A DNA stretch of 64,000 nt from Octopus sinensis (lineage: Eukaryota), in NCBI RefSeq assembly GCF_006345805.1, contig NC_042999.1:62992001-63056000 (forward strand). Direction: 5' to 3'. The position numbers and the translations under genes are program-made. The notes below the pieces were generated by a model, which saw nothing but the letters and a program-made list of their open reading frames with translations, did no database searches and had not been told where the DNA came from. Positions 12,541 to 25,171 of the stretch are shown piece after piece (position 1 is the first letter of the stretch; the number at the start of each line of letters is the position of its first letter).

Positions 12541-14086
12541 CAGCAATGAGGATGAATGAAGCCAGCTCAACCCACTCCGGGTGAATGCTGTCTCAAGACA
12601 AGAGAAGATTCTAGGGCCTTAGCCTGGCTAGTTACAAGGTGATCATCACAAGTGCTGGTGCCATGATAAAAGCACTCAGTACACTATGTAAAGTGGTTGG
12701 TATCAGGAAGGGCATCCAGCAGTAGGAACCAGCTAGAAACATTGGCGCATGATGCAATCCTCTAGCTGGTTAGATGCTGTGTTGCCATCAAGCCCATGCT
12801 AGTATAAAAGCTGAATGTCAGATGATCATGCTTACCTATTTTCAGGCAAACTGTAAAATAAATTAACTCCCTTTGATTTCTAATGTCGCAAGGTATGAAC
12901 ATTTAAAATATTCATAATCACTGGGGAAAATAGGTCACCATTGATAACAAAGAGATTAAATGAGTATAAATATTGTGTAAACACTATTTCTGAATTCACT
13001 CTACCTAACTCCAGTATTACCATATGATTTTACTGAGTGTGTGACTGGGGGCAGTGACAATAAAGATTCTTAAAGTATGTGAAGGGAGTGACAGATTCGA
13101 AAAATCAGACAAGTGTACTCTACATACTCCATGCTACTTTATAGGCTATATAGTCTTACAATCAATTTTTTTAAATCACAAGTACATTGTTTATCGGACT
13201 CAATTTCTTAAATCCCATGACTGCACTGTTTGTTGCTGCAACTAGAAATAATTGAAAACTGTAATTACAATTTACAATATAGATTTTTCAGTGTCATCAT
13301 AAGTAGGATGGTCCATTTGCTAGGGTAGTTTTAAACAGCTGAATACAAGTATGTTCTGAACTGCGATGTTGATCGGGAGGGGGGGGGGTGAAATCTGTTT
13401 TCTTTATATGTCAGTCAAGCACAGTGGGAGAAGTGCAGTTAGCTTACAAGCTTATTTATAATGAATAGTGCAATGACAGCAGTAAGATCTGACCATCCAG
13501 TCACTAAAACAGTTCAGAACTTCAACTACACAGCCATTTGAAAACAACAACAATGACAAGGGAAAAAAAATTATTCTGTACAAATGTTGATAAATCGAAA
13601 TCAGCCTGGATTGAGCAGACCTTTGATCCAACTGTTTTCCAGCCATAGCCATCATATTTCTGCATATCAGATCCCACAACTGTCATTGCCAAATGTATAT
13701 TTAATTTCTGACAAATGGTTGTAACTTAAATTTGGTTGCTATTTCTAGCAGGTCAGGCAATAGCACAGAGGATCACTTGTTGGCTTGTACAGATCACATT
13801 TATTATATGCTGGTACTGAATATTGTTGCTAGGTAATCACATATGTTCAATTTTCTAGGTATTAGCGATCTATAATATATACCGCTGTGCTGAGATTTTC
13901 ATCAGATAATCTTTTGTTACTATTTTTAGCAATCTTTCATTTTGTTGCTATTTTCAGCAAGCTTTCATGTTAGGCATAGAACACTATTCATTTATTAAAA
14001 ATAACGTATTGATGCATTAGGCAACATTTTAAAGTACGTTGCCTCACAAAATGACCCAGTTAACTACATGTGCAATGTAGCAGATA

Positions 14087-14396
14087 ACTGGCATTCTCTT
14101 GGTTACAATGACAGGAGTTCTGCTTGATGTGATCAACAGAAAAGCCCAGTCATGAAACTAATGCCTGCTGAGCAGGCAAGAAACACGTAGGCCCTTGATG
14201 TAGTTCTTAGGGAGACTCAGCATGACACAAAATGTTACAAGGCTGACCCTTTGAAATACAAGTATCACTCATTTTTGCCAGCTGAGTGAGCTGAAGCAAG
14301 ATTTAATAAAGTGTCTTGTTCAAGGACGCAATGCACATCCAGGAGTCGAACCCATGACCTTACAATCATGAGCCAAATACATTAACCACCAAGCCA
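14087..14396 (-). mobile_element. SINE with family-D-like head and a different 3' tail
   Basis: tRNA-like head at the 14396 end (reverse complement gtggcttggtggttaatg...ggttcgactcc). Confidence 0.65.
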
Positions 14397-14812
14397 CAGG
14401 ACTTTGCTAACAAAGCAGATATCTCTCTTACTTGTTTCAGTCATTTGACAGTGGCCACGCTGGAGCACCGCCTTTAGTCGAACAAATCAACCCCAGGACT
14501 TATTCTTCATAAGCCTAGTACTTATTCTATCGATCTCTTTGGCGAACTGCTAAGTTACAGGGATGTAAACACACCAGCATCAGTTGTCAAGCGATGTTGG
14601 GGGGACAAAACACAGACACACAAACATACACACACACATATATATATATTATACATATATATACATATATAAGATGGACTTCTTTCAGTTTCCATCCACC
14701 AAATCCACTCACAAGGCTTTGGTCAGCCCGAGGCTATAATAGAAGACACTTGCCCAAGGTGCCACGCAGTGGGACTGAACCCGGAACCATGTGGTTCGTA
14801 AGCAAGCTACTT

Positions 14813-16805
14813 TATTTTATATAATTTGCCACTAGAGCAGCACACAGAGTAGTAGCTACGGGCTGGACAAGGACATTAATGGATGATGGTGGTGGTGGAT
14901 GAAGATGGTGATGGGAGAAGTCGAAAGTGCCCGCCGACTTTCGCTTCTCTAAAACAATGTTTCAATAAATACATTTAATAAAATGTTCACAATGATTCAA
15001 ATTACATAAAAAATGTTCAACAATTCTCCTCGTCAGGTCCCCGAAAAATTGTCTTGCCGCCTGCAGACAACTCTGCGACGACAAGTCGGGGCCTGCAAAG
15101 AGAAAAGTAAAATCATTCCTTTCAAAGGTCTCTGCGACCCTTGACAAAGTATCTTCCGTTACTTTTTCCGCAGCTACCCGCGGAGGCCATAACGGACTCC
15201 TTGAGCCAACCGTGCCCTTACGTTCTCGGTCACCCAAGCCATTCAAAAATCTTTCCACCTCCTCTCCCTTGTGGTAAAGGAAGAGAAGCATCTCCTCTTC
15301 ACAGGAAGGGACCTCTCACTGCTCCGTCAGTGGCACACTTCCTACTGGCGGATCCTTGTCCGCGGGTGACATACATCCCACCGCGGCTCCGTCGGCGACA
15401 CAGAAACGTCAGTCGTCCGACCTCTCTTTTTTCTCCTCCTTCTTTTGGGGGAGACTGCTGACCCAGGGGACTCCGTCACCAGACACGGGGGATTGCTATC
15501 CCCCTCCACCCCCTGAGCGTTCTTTGGCGGGCAACCATTGTTGCTCGCCTGTCTCTTTCTTTTCGTGGAGGCAACCTCCTCCACGACTTCCTCCGTCTCC
15601 CCCTCCAATGAGGGGGCGGCGGGCGCCTTTTCCCTTTCTGCTCCGGGGCACCACCACGGCCCCCGGGACAATTCTTCCTGATATGTCCGGGCTTCAGGCA
15701 CAGGTGACACTTGGGGGGGGGCAGCCCTCGAGTATCACCGGGTACCTGTGCCCAGCCATTCTCAGGAAGTCCGGGAATTTCATTTCTCCCATGGCCACCG
15801 GTGTCCACAGGGTCAAAGTTGCCTTTGACCCCTCCCAGGCGACCGCGGGAGCCATTTTCACACTCAGTAGTCTGGGTCCGCTATCCCCCAGGCCTCGCCG
15901 GATGGTCTTCTCAATCCATTCCGCCTCCGTGCCCGGGGGCAGCCCACACACCCAGGCTCTTTTTACTTTTCTGCCACAATACGAGGGGAGGAACAAAATT
16001 TCCTCTCCCTCCAGTGGCTCGCTAGCAAATCTGCTAGCTTCCTCGGGGGTACCAAACAGCAACCACACCGTTGCAAATTTAGTCCCCCGATAAATAAATT
16101 TTATAGTTGGCAGGTGGTCCCCCAACTCTTTCTCTATAGTATTCCTGTCGAAGAGGGCAATGGCTCCACGCGACCTAGAATAGGTTCGTAGGACCACCGT
16201 CTTCTTCTCAAGACTTTCAATCCACTGCTTGGGTGGGGCGACCTCCCATTCCAAAGCGGTGGTTTCTTTTGTTGCCATGTTTTTTTTTTTTTTAAATAAA
16301 TGTATTCAGAATAAAACTAAAAAACGAGAAGAAAAGGAAATCCGAAGAAAGTCACAATGAAAAAAGGAGAGAGTCAAATAAAGTTAAAAAGAAAGTCAAA
16401 TAAAGTTAAAAAGAAAGTCAATAACACAGCAAAATCCTTTTGGCCATTTGGTACTCCCGGCCTAAATCAAACCAGGATCGCACAACTTCCACAAAAATTG
16501 GTGTAAAATTGGTAGTTCTTCACAGCACAATACAATTCTCACAATTACGTGAGAAAAATATTTACTCACTTTATCGAAGACGGATACGCCCCAAAAAATT
16601 TTCTCAGCGAGAAAAATATATTTGCCACATGTCGGCAGAATCAGAATTCTGAATCCAGTAGGACTTCCTGCATGTAAAAAATAATTCTCAACAAAAACTC
16701 CCACTGGACCCAGAAAACAGAATCTTACCTTACATGGGGCTTCCAAAGTTTTCAATTCAAGACGGCTTCAAAAGCACATCTTCACCGCTGACTCGCACAT
16801 GCGCA
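14813..16805 (-). mobile_element. ORF1-only non-autonomous non-LTR retroelement (HAL1/half-LINE-like, L1/Tx1-type ORF1)
   Basis: Perfect 15-bp TSD gtaagcaagctactt at 14798-14812 and 16806-16820; short A-rich 3' end; 527-bp 5' leader; one frameshifted ORF with a CCHC knuckle; no room for RT or endonuclease. Confidence 0.85.
14962..16278 (-). CDS. Frameshifted ORF1p/gag-like nucleic-acid-binding protein (RRM-like region, CX2CX4HX4C knuckle, acidic/basic C-terminal half)
   Basis: ORF 15694-16278 (MATKETT...FPDFLRMAGHRYPVILEGCPP) shifts at a G9 run (15713-15721) into KCHLCLKPGHIRKNC, then near a G/C run at about 15660 into EREKAPAAPSLEGETEEVVEEV...PKRRRRKKR, then probably into ORF 14962-15291. 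The LPxxLxIxGxxxxVxYEGxPxxCxxC layout is typical of L1/Tx1 ORF1p. Confidence 0.75.
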
Positions 16806-17891
16806 GTAAGCAAGCTACTTACCACACAGCCACTCCTACACCAACAGTAAAAAAAAAAAATCAGTGCTGTTTACATGTCTTCTATTATAGCCTCAGGCTA
16901 ATCAAAGCCTTGTGAGTGGATTTGGTAGATGGAAACTAAAAGAAGCCCGTCTTATATATGTATATATATAATATATATATATGCGTGTGTGTGTGTTTGT
17001 GTGTCTGTGTTTGTCCCCCCAACATCGTTTGACAACTGATGCTGGTGTGTAACTTATGGTGGCTGTTCTTTAGGTTCAGCTCAACTTTGGTCAAGCAGAC
17101 GTAGTCGAAAGTATCTTGTCAGTAACTACACAATCGTATTTTCAGGTAGTATAGCTACATTCTTCAATGAGTTTTTTCTTTTTTTTTTAAGCAACAGAAT
17201 AGACAGGAGGATATTAGTGTCTCAAGTCCTAGGATTCATAAGGCTGGTTACCTGATTTCCATGGAGTAAAAGTGACCAAAATCACAACATTACCCCTGAG
17301 CAGGACATCAGTCCAATGCAGAGTAACTCAATTATAGCGAACTGAAGTAACATGCAATGAAGTATATTGCTCAAGAACACAATGCTCTGCCCTGTCCATG
17401 AACAGAAACCACAATCTTGAGACCATGAGTGCAACCAGCTAACCACTAAGCCTTCACTGACAGGATGTAACTTGAGAAATATTTGGCTCTTGTCTCAAGC
17501 AACTTTTCTTTCATTGAATCATTTTCTATTTGGTGTTCTTGCTACATTATAAATTAAGACAAGAGCAAGTTAAAAATTCTGTGGACTGCCCACTACTTTG
17601 ATTCTATGTCAGTCTAATTACTTTCAGCAAAATACTTTTAGGACCAGCAGAGTGGATAGAATTTAGAGTGCGATTAACAAAAATGATTCTGTAATTGCTT
17701 GTAAGTTTTCCTGCCACCGGTAATAATTCTCATTTCTGCCAATATATTTTGCTGGACTAAGAAAAGGAGATTATATAGCAACAGACAGATCAGGTAAAAG
17801 GGGTAAAAAGATAATTTCTAATACTTTGCTCCATCAAAAATTCTGTTAAATCATTCTAATATATGATGACAGTTTTTCTTGTAGAAATTAA

Positions 17892-18112
17892 CCCATTTGT
17901 TACCATATTTCTGTTGAGATGCTCTCTGTTTCCTTCAGTTACTTTAAATATAACAAAGAATTTAGTAAAATAACTTAGTTATCATTCAGCTAGCATTAGG
18001 AACATAAATTGTGACTAAGGTTTGGTGGAAGATTTTCATTCAGAACTTATGAAAACAAGACATTTGTACTACAGAGCCAGAGGCGGTTTCAGCCAGGTTG
18101 GTAACGAAAGAG
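17892..18112. mobile_element. piggyBac-type MITE
   Basis: TTAA on both sides (17888-17891, 18113-18116) with ccc...gag termini; same family at 35775-35995 and 63000-63205. Confidence 0.8.
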
Positions 18113-18574
18113 TTAACATGCAAAGGTTTGTTAGTGTGTGTGTGTGCGTGCGTGCATACACATGCGTATGCTTCTGTAACAAATGTTTAATAAAAATTGC
18201 TTTGGACTATTTACCCAGAGAAATCAGATAACAAAAACATTCTAAGGAATAAAACTGTTGTAAAATAGTACAGTAAGAATGAAAGAAAAAAGTGAAATAA
18301 AAAGAATATAAAGAAGGCGAAAATGAAAAGATGATGATGTCTGAGGAATTATATGCTTTGTCGCACACATCAGAGAGTTAGTATCATAATTATTTGAACA
18401 TCCATTTTCTGTGCTTGCATGGAATTTATTGAGATTGATCTTCTATGGCCAGAAAGCCTTCTCACGAGTTTCCAAGCAAAGTAAGATTCCATGAACAGAG
18501 GTCTTGAAGATATCTTTGAATGGGAACAAACTAGTTATCCATCCACATTTCAAGGATATAACACCATACATATA

Positions 18575-19387
18575 TATGGTACGATCAATAAGTATCCGGA
18601 CTATAACAATAGTCCGGATAATGAGCACTAAGTTTTCATGTTCTAGCTCACATCCGCTGTTTACAGCAGTGCTTAGAAGGAAGGTGAGTAGTGTGTGATC
18701 ATCACATTGACCATGACAGAGAAAGTTGAGCAGAGAATCTACATCAAATTTTGCCAAAAGCTTGGCAATACCTGCTTAGAGGCCTATACAAAGTTTTCAT
18801 CATTCTCAACACAATCAAGGAGATCTTGTGCAACTGAAACCCCGAGTATCATTTTGGTCAGCTGAAAGCAGTTTCCGCACAATCTTGGCAGATATGCGTC
18901 TCATATCCAAATCTTCAGTGATAATGGACTGAACCATAACTAATCTACACATCTGATAACTCACAGATGGTGACTATTTCCCTTCACAGCTGCATGCACA
19001 TCTGGGATGCTTTTCTCAGTTCTGCTCGTTGCAGGTCTCCCAAAGCGTTCGTCAATATTGACGTTTTTCCGGCCAACTTGAAAATGTCTGAACCACTTGC
19101 ACACTTATGTGTGGCTCATATACTCCTCTGCATACACTTTCTGCAACTTTGCGGAGGCCTCTGAGTGAGTATCGCCATGACAACTTTCTGTCATGATCAA
19201 TGCGACGATCACACACTACACACTTCCTTCAAAGCACTGCTGTAAACAGCAGAAGTGAGATAAACCGTTAAAACTTAATGCGCATGCACAACAGAGTTCA
19301 AAGTCAACATTTCCCAAGTGGCTTCACTCTGCGTGCTTTACCTTCGTTACTATGGCAACAGTCCGGATACTTATTGATCAGACCTCG
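18575..19387. mobile_element. Foldback mariner derivative with two inverted 5' ends
   Basis: TIR gatcaataagtatccggact at both ends and TA flanks. The left arm encodes MTEKVEQRIYIKFCQKLG; the right part is the reverse complement of a longer 5' segment. Confidence 0.85.
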
Positions 19388-19683
19388 TATTAACAAAATA
19401 GATAAACATATACCTCACCTGCTCTTCTCCAGAACAACAGCCAATCAAAATTCCCACTCACTATAACTGTTAGGTCTCACAATCTTTCGTGATCTCTCAT
19501 AGTTACCACACATAATCAAAACTATTTCACATTACTTCAGTTCACCTATTGGGCAAAAAGCTATTACGTTATATAGAATATTACTTTTGATAAACTGGTG
19601 TTCTATCCCGTGGAGATTTATTTCCCATCCACTTTGGGCTACAAAACAGCAATTAAGCACCAGCCTGAAACTTTCGTCTGGAG

Positions 19684-19881
19684 CAGTGGTTCCCAAACTA
19701 TGAGTCGCGACCCACAGATGGGTCGCGAACGGAATCTTAGTGGGTCGCAAAAAGTTATAAAATTACGCATTAGCTTTGATTAACTGCTGTCTATCGAGAT
19801 AGTTCAGTAGAGTTAAGTGGGTCGTCATAAACTGGTGTTATAAATAGTGGGTCGCTACTCTAAAAATTTTGGGAAAAACAG
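19684..19881. mobile_element. hAT (Charlie-like) MITE
   Basis: TIR cagtggttcccaaac (11/15 match at the right end); 8-bp TSD gtctggag at 19676-19683 and 19882-19889. Confidence 0.9.
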
Positions 19882-21666
19882 GTCTGGAGAATTAGCAGGC
19901 ATTTTCATTTTACTTTACAAAATCACATTCGAGTCACTTGATTCACCCCACCCTATTTCAACATCCTCCCCACGATGACAACCAGATCATCTATTTAGAT
20001 GCAATGCAATAAACATCTAGTCCCAAGAACAATATTTTAATTATTAAGCAAGGACATACTATCATTAGATGGGTAGAACCCCAGTCTATTGTTCACACCT
20101 ACAGTGGGACATAGCAAAGATTCATTGAAAAATTATCCATGAAAATTAAATCCATGTTGAGCGTACGTTGTTGATAACTTCTACATTCTTTTATGCAAAC
20201 CATTTCGTTTTGAGTAGTTATTTCTATTGCAAAATGTAATAAAAACAACATGAGGAAATACTAGAATCCTGCGTTGGTGAACGATGGCCAACTCGGACCA
20301 AACATTGTTGTCATATAACTAAAGCGAGATAAACTTCATATTTATAGTTAAGATTCCTATCATACACTGGTAAAGAGAAAGATAAAACTTTATTCCATTA
20401 TGCGCTTTAAAAATTAGTTTATGAAAATATTTAAGAAAAGAATCAAAAGACACAAGCTGTCGCTATGTGTAATTGTCACAACAAATTCCAATAATCACAT
20501 GCTACATGTTTTACATGAAGACGAAAAAAAAAAAAACAACTAACATAAACACAGTCGTGTTATGTCTTTCAGTCGCAGTTCGACCCGTTTTTATTTTATC
20601 AGTCACGCACATTTTTAGGAGACGAAAGCGAATAATAAAATGAGAGAAAAAAGAAAAGAATAAGATTATAGTCCATAAAATGACGCTTATCTGTAACTTT
20701 GGGTGGTGAGTATAACGAAAACATGCCGTTAAATGTTTTGGGTTGTTATTTTTGTCCTAGTATTTTTCACAGACACAGATTATTTACTACGGTATCTTGA
20801 AATAAACAACTTGCGTGCGACCGCATTCTACCAAGTTGGGATATACTAGAGGAAACCAAAAATAAACACACGCAATAAACTTGCGATATTCACGAAACAA
20901 CTACCTGCTAGAAATATCAGTCTAATTAATCGCCCTCAAACCTCACCCTAACATCTTAAAAAAAAAAAGGACATAAATAATGGCCTAGATACACTAGATA
21001 AAAAGTCGAGACGGTTACGGTTGCAGTGTGCTTGATCAAAGGTCTGGCCAAAAGATAAACAATAACAACAAGGACACAATGGATAATGTATTCCTTGATA
21101 CACTATGCCAAAAGAAAAAAATTATTAAGACTGGAACACCTGTGATTATCTCTGCTTGATGGGGAGGGTCTACTCAAATATATATATAAGTTCAGCAAAA
21201 TTTAGATTCAGATGAATATGGTACTTAAGTTAAAGGCACCAGAATTTTGTATGGTATTATCCATATAAATCAAATGGGGTGATTATAATCAAAATAAGCA
21301 ACAAGTGTGTGTGTGCATGTATGTATGTATGCAATGCAATAACCTCAACGCGGTCGGTCGACTTGCTCGTAATAGAAGTCAAATTTCCTCAAACCACACC
21401 CACACGTATTAAAACTGAGAGGGACGCTTTGGACAACGTCGTAGATAAACAAAATAACGAGGGGGTAACGCCTGGTTACAGCTTCCACTCATAGACCTAC
21501 TCATTTAGTTTCTGGACATGCCATAATAATTTACACCTATACACGCGCAGATACGGACATATAAGAATATATTTTAATTATTATACACCCTGATTTTACA
21601 TGGATGAACGAATGAGTATTAAATGGCAAGAACACGATGATATATTAATAATTCTGCAACCCGATA

Positions 21667-21720
<54 letters not shown>

Positions 21721-23194
21721 GGACAATCTCAATGATAAAGTAGATTTTCCATTGAATTATTCCGAAGGTCATTATTTCACATGTACATAACACGACACAA
21801 TAATTGAAAACAAAAGAAAGAAGTTGACGAATAAATTGAGAGAGAACGTGTCAAAAACAGAGAAAATGATAAAAGGAAAAGGCAACAAAAGAACAAAGGT
21901 TTCTTCAACCTGTTAGCACCAAAATCTCCTTGAAATCATTTCCGGTCGTCATAAAAACTAACATGTATCATTAAGAGATGGCCACGGTTGAAATATTTCT
22001 GAACATAGGTATATACTTAATCAGAGTTGACCTAGGAATAAACAACATTTTTCTTTTCCCTAATTGTGTGAATTTTTTAGTAATGTTTCTTTTTTTTTTC
22101 TTTTAAGACATGATAAGGTAAACTATCAAGACACTCAGCTGATGTCTAGCATCTGGGCAATCTTGAAGACCTGTTATCACAGGCGTTCCATACCGCCTTC
22201 GATGAAAGAAGCGGCCTTCTTTTCACACAAAGTACACCTGGGACTAAGCTATACAATGTGCTATTCACCCATTTTTTAATATAGCTACGTTATAATTTAA
22301 GGGAGATTTTATTGTTATTCTTAGCTGGTCGGACGACAAGCACTTTCGTTGATTCCATACTATACTAACGGACAGAAAGACAATGTCGACCTAGGTGAGC
22401 TTTGAATTCAGGACCGAGAGGTATCAAACAAGAGAATTACTGGTTTGTCTGGGAAATGATGGGGTGGGGCATTCGTGTTTCTTGTAAAAGCGGTAACGCT
22501 GTAAAAGGAAACGGTTTAGAAAGGAATCGAAACAGAGTCGATTCAATTCAATAAGAACTACACCACGATATTAAACAGTAGTAATAGAAGGATTCTTTCG
22601 ATTAATGCGTGGCTTCATTAATAAGTTCGAGCAAGTGGCATGTTATTTTCATACCTACCCCCAAAGCATTAGCAAACGGCATAAGGTGAGTGAATTGTTT
22701 GCAGACAGGAACAGAAACCGTATCGACCGTCGCTTACTCACAACAGCAATTCTATATTAATAGCCTCCTATGAAGGCACAAGGCTAGAAATTTTTAAAAA
22801 ACCGAAATACTTCACAACTATTTATTTTATGGAACCCCAAAAGGTGGAGAGGTAAATTTGACCTCGACGGGATGCGAACTCGGAACTAAAGCGCTGTAAC
22901 TAAAAACTGCAAGGCATTTTAGTCTGACGCTCCAAGCGATATTTCCAAAGTCAACATATTTTGTAGGGAGAGGTGCACAGTCAATGAAATCGACCCAATA
23001 GGGGTGAAAGCTAAGTCAACAACCCTCAACGGGATCTTCACTCAGAACGTAACTGAATACAATTAAAAAGCTTTGTCTGCTGTCCTTAATCAGCCATCCG
23101 TAATAAACAAAACAAAACAAAAAAAGCATCTGCTTTGGGTATGAGTGTCGGAGAGTATGGCCAATGCGGTAGATACAAAGTATCAAGGATATTA

Positions 23195-23279
23195 AGCGGA
23201 GGTAAAGAATACGCACACCACCCGTTTTCGGTGTAACCCTAACCCTAAACACCAAACGTGCGTATTCTTTACCTTCGCT
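23195..23279. mobile_element. 85-bp palindromic MITE with telomere-like core
   Basis: 22-bp IR agcggaggtaaagaatacgcac with one mismatch; 9-bp TSD aggatatta at 23186-23194 and 23280-23288; core taaccctaaccctaa. Confidence 0.85.
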
Positions 23280-23844
23280 AGGATATTATTTAATCTTTGA
23301 TGGACAAATTGAGGTTTTCCCTTTTCCCGTCGATATATCTAGTTTTTTTTATGAAATTGTAAATTATAAATAAAATTCTGAGATAAGTGTCAGGTTTTAA
23401 ACACATTTCAACTTTAAAACAAAAACGTGTCAAGTATTGTAATTCCGAGAATTAATGAGGTTGGCTTCATAGCAAGTAGCTGGACCTTAGTAGCGCGTTG
23501 GATATATACCAATATTCATATAAAATTACTACAAGTTATAATGAGAACAAAGGAGGGGGGATAATTTAAACAACAAAAATTAATTTGTACTTTTGCAGAA
23601 CATTATTGCACTGTATTTACAACTGACCAAGCTATTGTCGATGTATTTTGGTCATTCGACCCTGGGTAGAGTGAAAGGTAAAGTTGACTCCATCGAGAGT
23701 TGAACTCACAACGTAAAGGGACGTAACTAAATACAAAACATTCTATCCACCGCTCTAACAAATCTGCAAACCACCACTCTTATATAACATATAACAATAC
23801 AATAACAACAAAATATATATTGAATGACTTACTGTTTGCCTGTG

Positions 23845-23889
<45 letters not shown>

Positions 23890-25171
23890 CTATTGGAGGC
23901 TGGTTGGTTGATCGGCTGATTGGTTGGTATAAAAATCACACGTTTAATAATGCGAGGTGGCGATAGTACTGAGGACAATTTTAGGTAAGCAAAAAAGGTA
24001 ATGCCAATCACGGTGACCGTGCAAAAAATGTACTTTGTTCATGTGATGAGATCTTCGCACAGCAATGTAGTACTTAGGTTTGCACATCATGCCTAAGCAC
24101 GATAATCCTCGTTTTTAATTATTAACAATAATGATGGTTAATAAATAAACATATTCCGGAATAACAGGTGAGGAGGGCGGATTTTATAAATCAAACAACA
24201 AAACAAATAACAGGTCAAGAAATAGTCTGATGTTGATACAGTTCTTCCAATGACGTCCGTATCAGTGTTGTGGGTAAATTTTGAAGTATGAAGTAGGGTA
24301 TAATGAAAATATCGCTAACAGTTTTCATAACTATCTATCAACATTAATTCTTAATCCAAGTTTGAATCCAGCCTTCCTAGTTTGAATCCAAATTAGACTG
24401 ATTATTTTTCTGCTCTTCTGACAAGTTTGCTTTGGTGTTTAGTTTCATTTATTAAACATGAATGGGTGTATGTTTTTTCTCTTTCAAACAAAAGTTTATT
24501 TCCGGTAATAAGTCTTTTTTCTATCACGTTTGAGTCAAAATCTACAACATAGTGTGTACATAAAGAGCTAGCGTACACGCACACACACAAAGATATTTTT
24601 AATAAGATAAATGAAAATTAAAAAAACTAAGCTATTGAATTGCATAACATACCAATACAGGTTTGTTGTTGCCTTTTTCTTTTTTTTAAGAACACAGAAG
24701 CAGACAAAAATCCACACTTTTCTTTAAATCATTACAAGACCTTTTCTCGTTATACTTGGAAGACATTCATCGCAGAACACGGTCAACACACTTGTAACAC
24801 TGGCTTTAGTAAATAACAGATAAATAAAGGGGGAGAGCTTTACGAAATCGATACAAGGAAACAAAATCAAAGATGAAAGTATTTTGTTCATTGAAACTGT
24901 AAAGTTTCTCTTTGTTTTTCCACTTTTTGATTGAAACAAACGCTTGCCTTAATCAGCCTCCGTTATTCTCGGCCCGCTACTTAAGAGCCATTTATCCTCA
25001 GATTCGTCCAAGTGGCGACACTGAACGGCAAAACTCTAGAGTAATCAAGGGAGGTTATGCGAACGCCTAGTTTTTTTTTTATCATTAATATTAATTGGCT
25101 TTACCTCCCTTTATTTCCGTGGCGATCTTACTTATCTTTACTCAACGTTCACTGCTCGTGAATGTTTACAC

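Larger units (their letters stand above)
14423..16842 (-). mobile_element. Family-A SINE split by a 2-kb insertion (pieces 14423-14812 and 16806-16842)
   Basis: The SINE consensus resumes exactly (gtaagcaagctactt|accacacagccactcc) after the insert. Confidence 0.95.

Noticed and set aside
15356-16093. 245-aa plus-strand Pro/Ser-rich ORF
   Set aside because: Antisense shadow of the GC-rich ORF1; the real motifs are on the minus strand.
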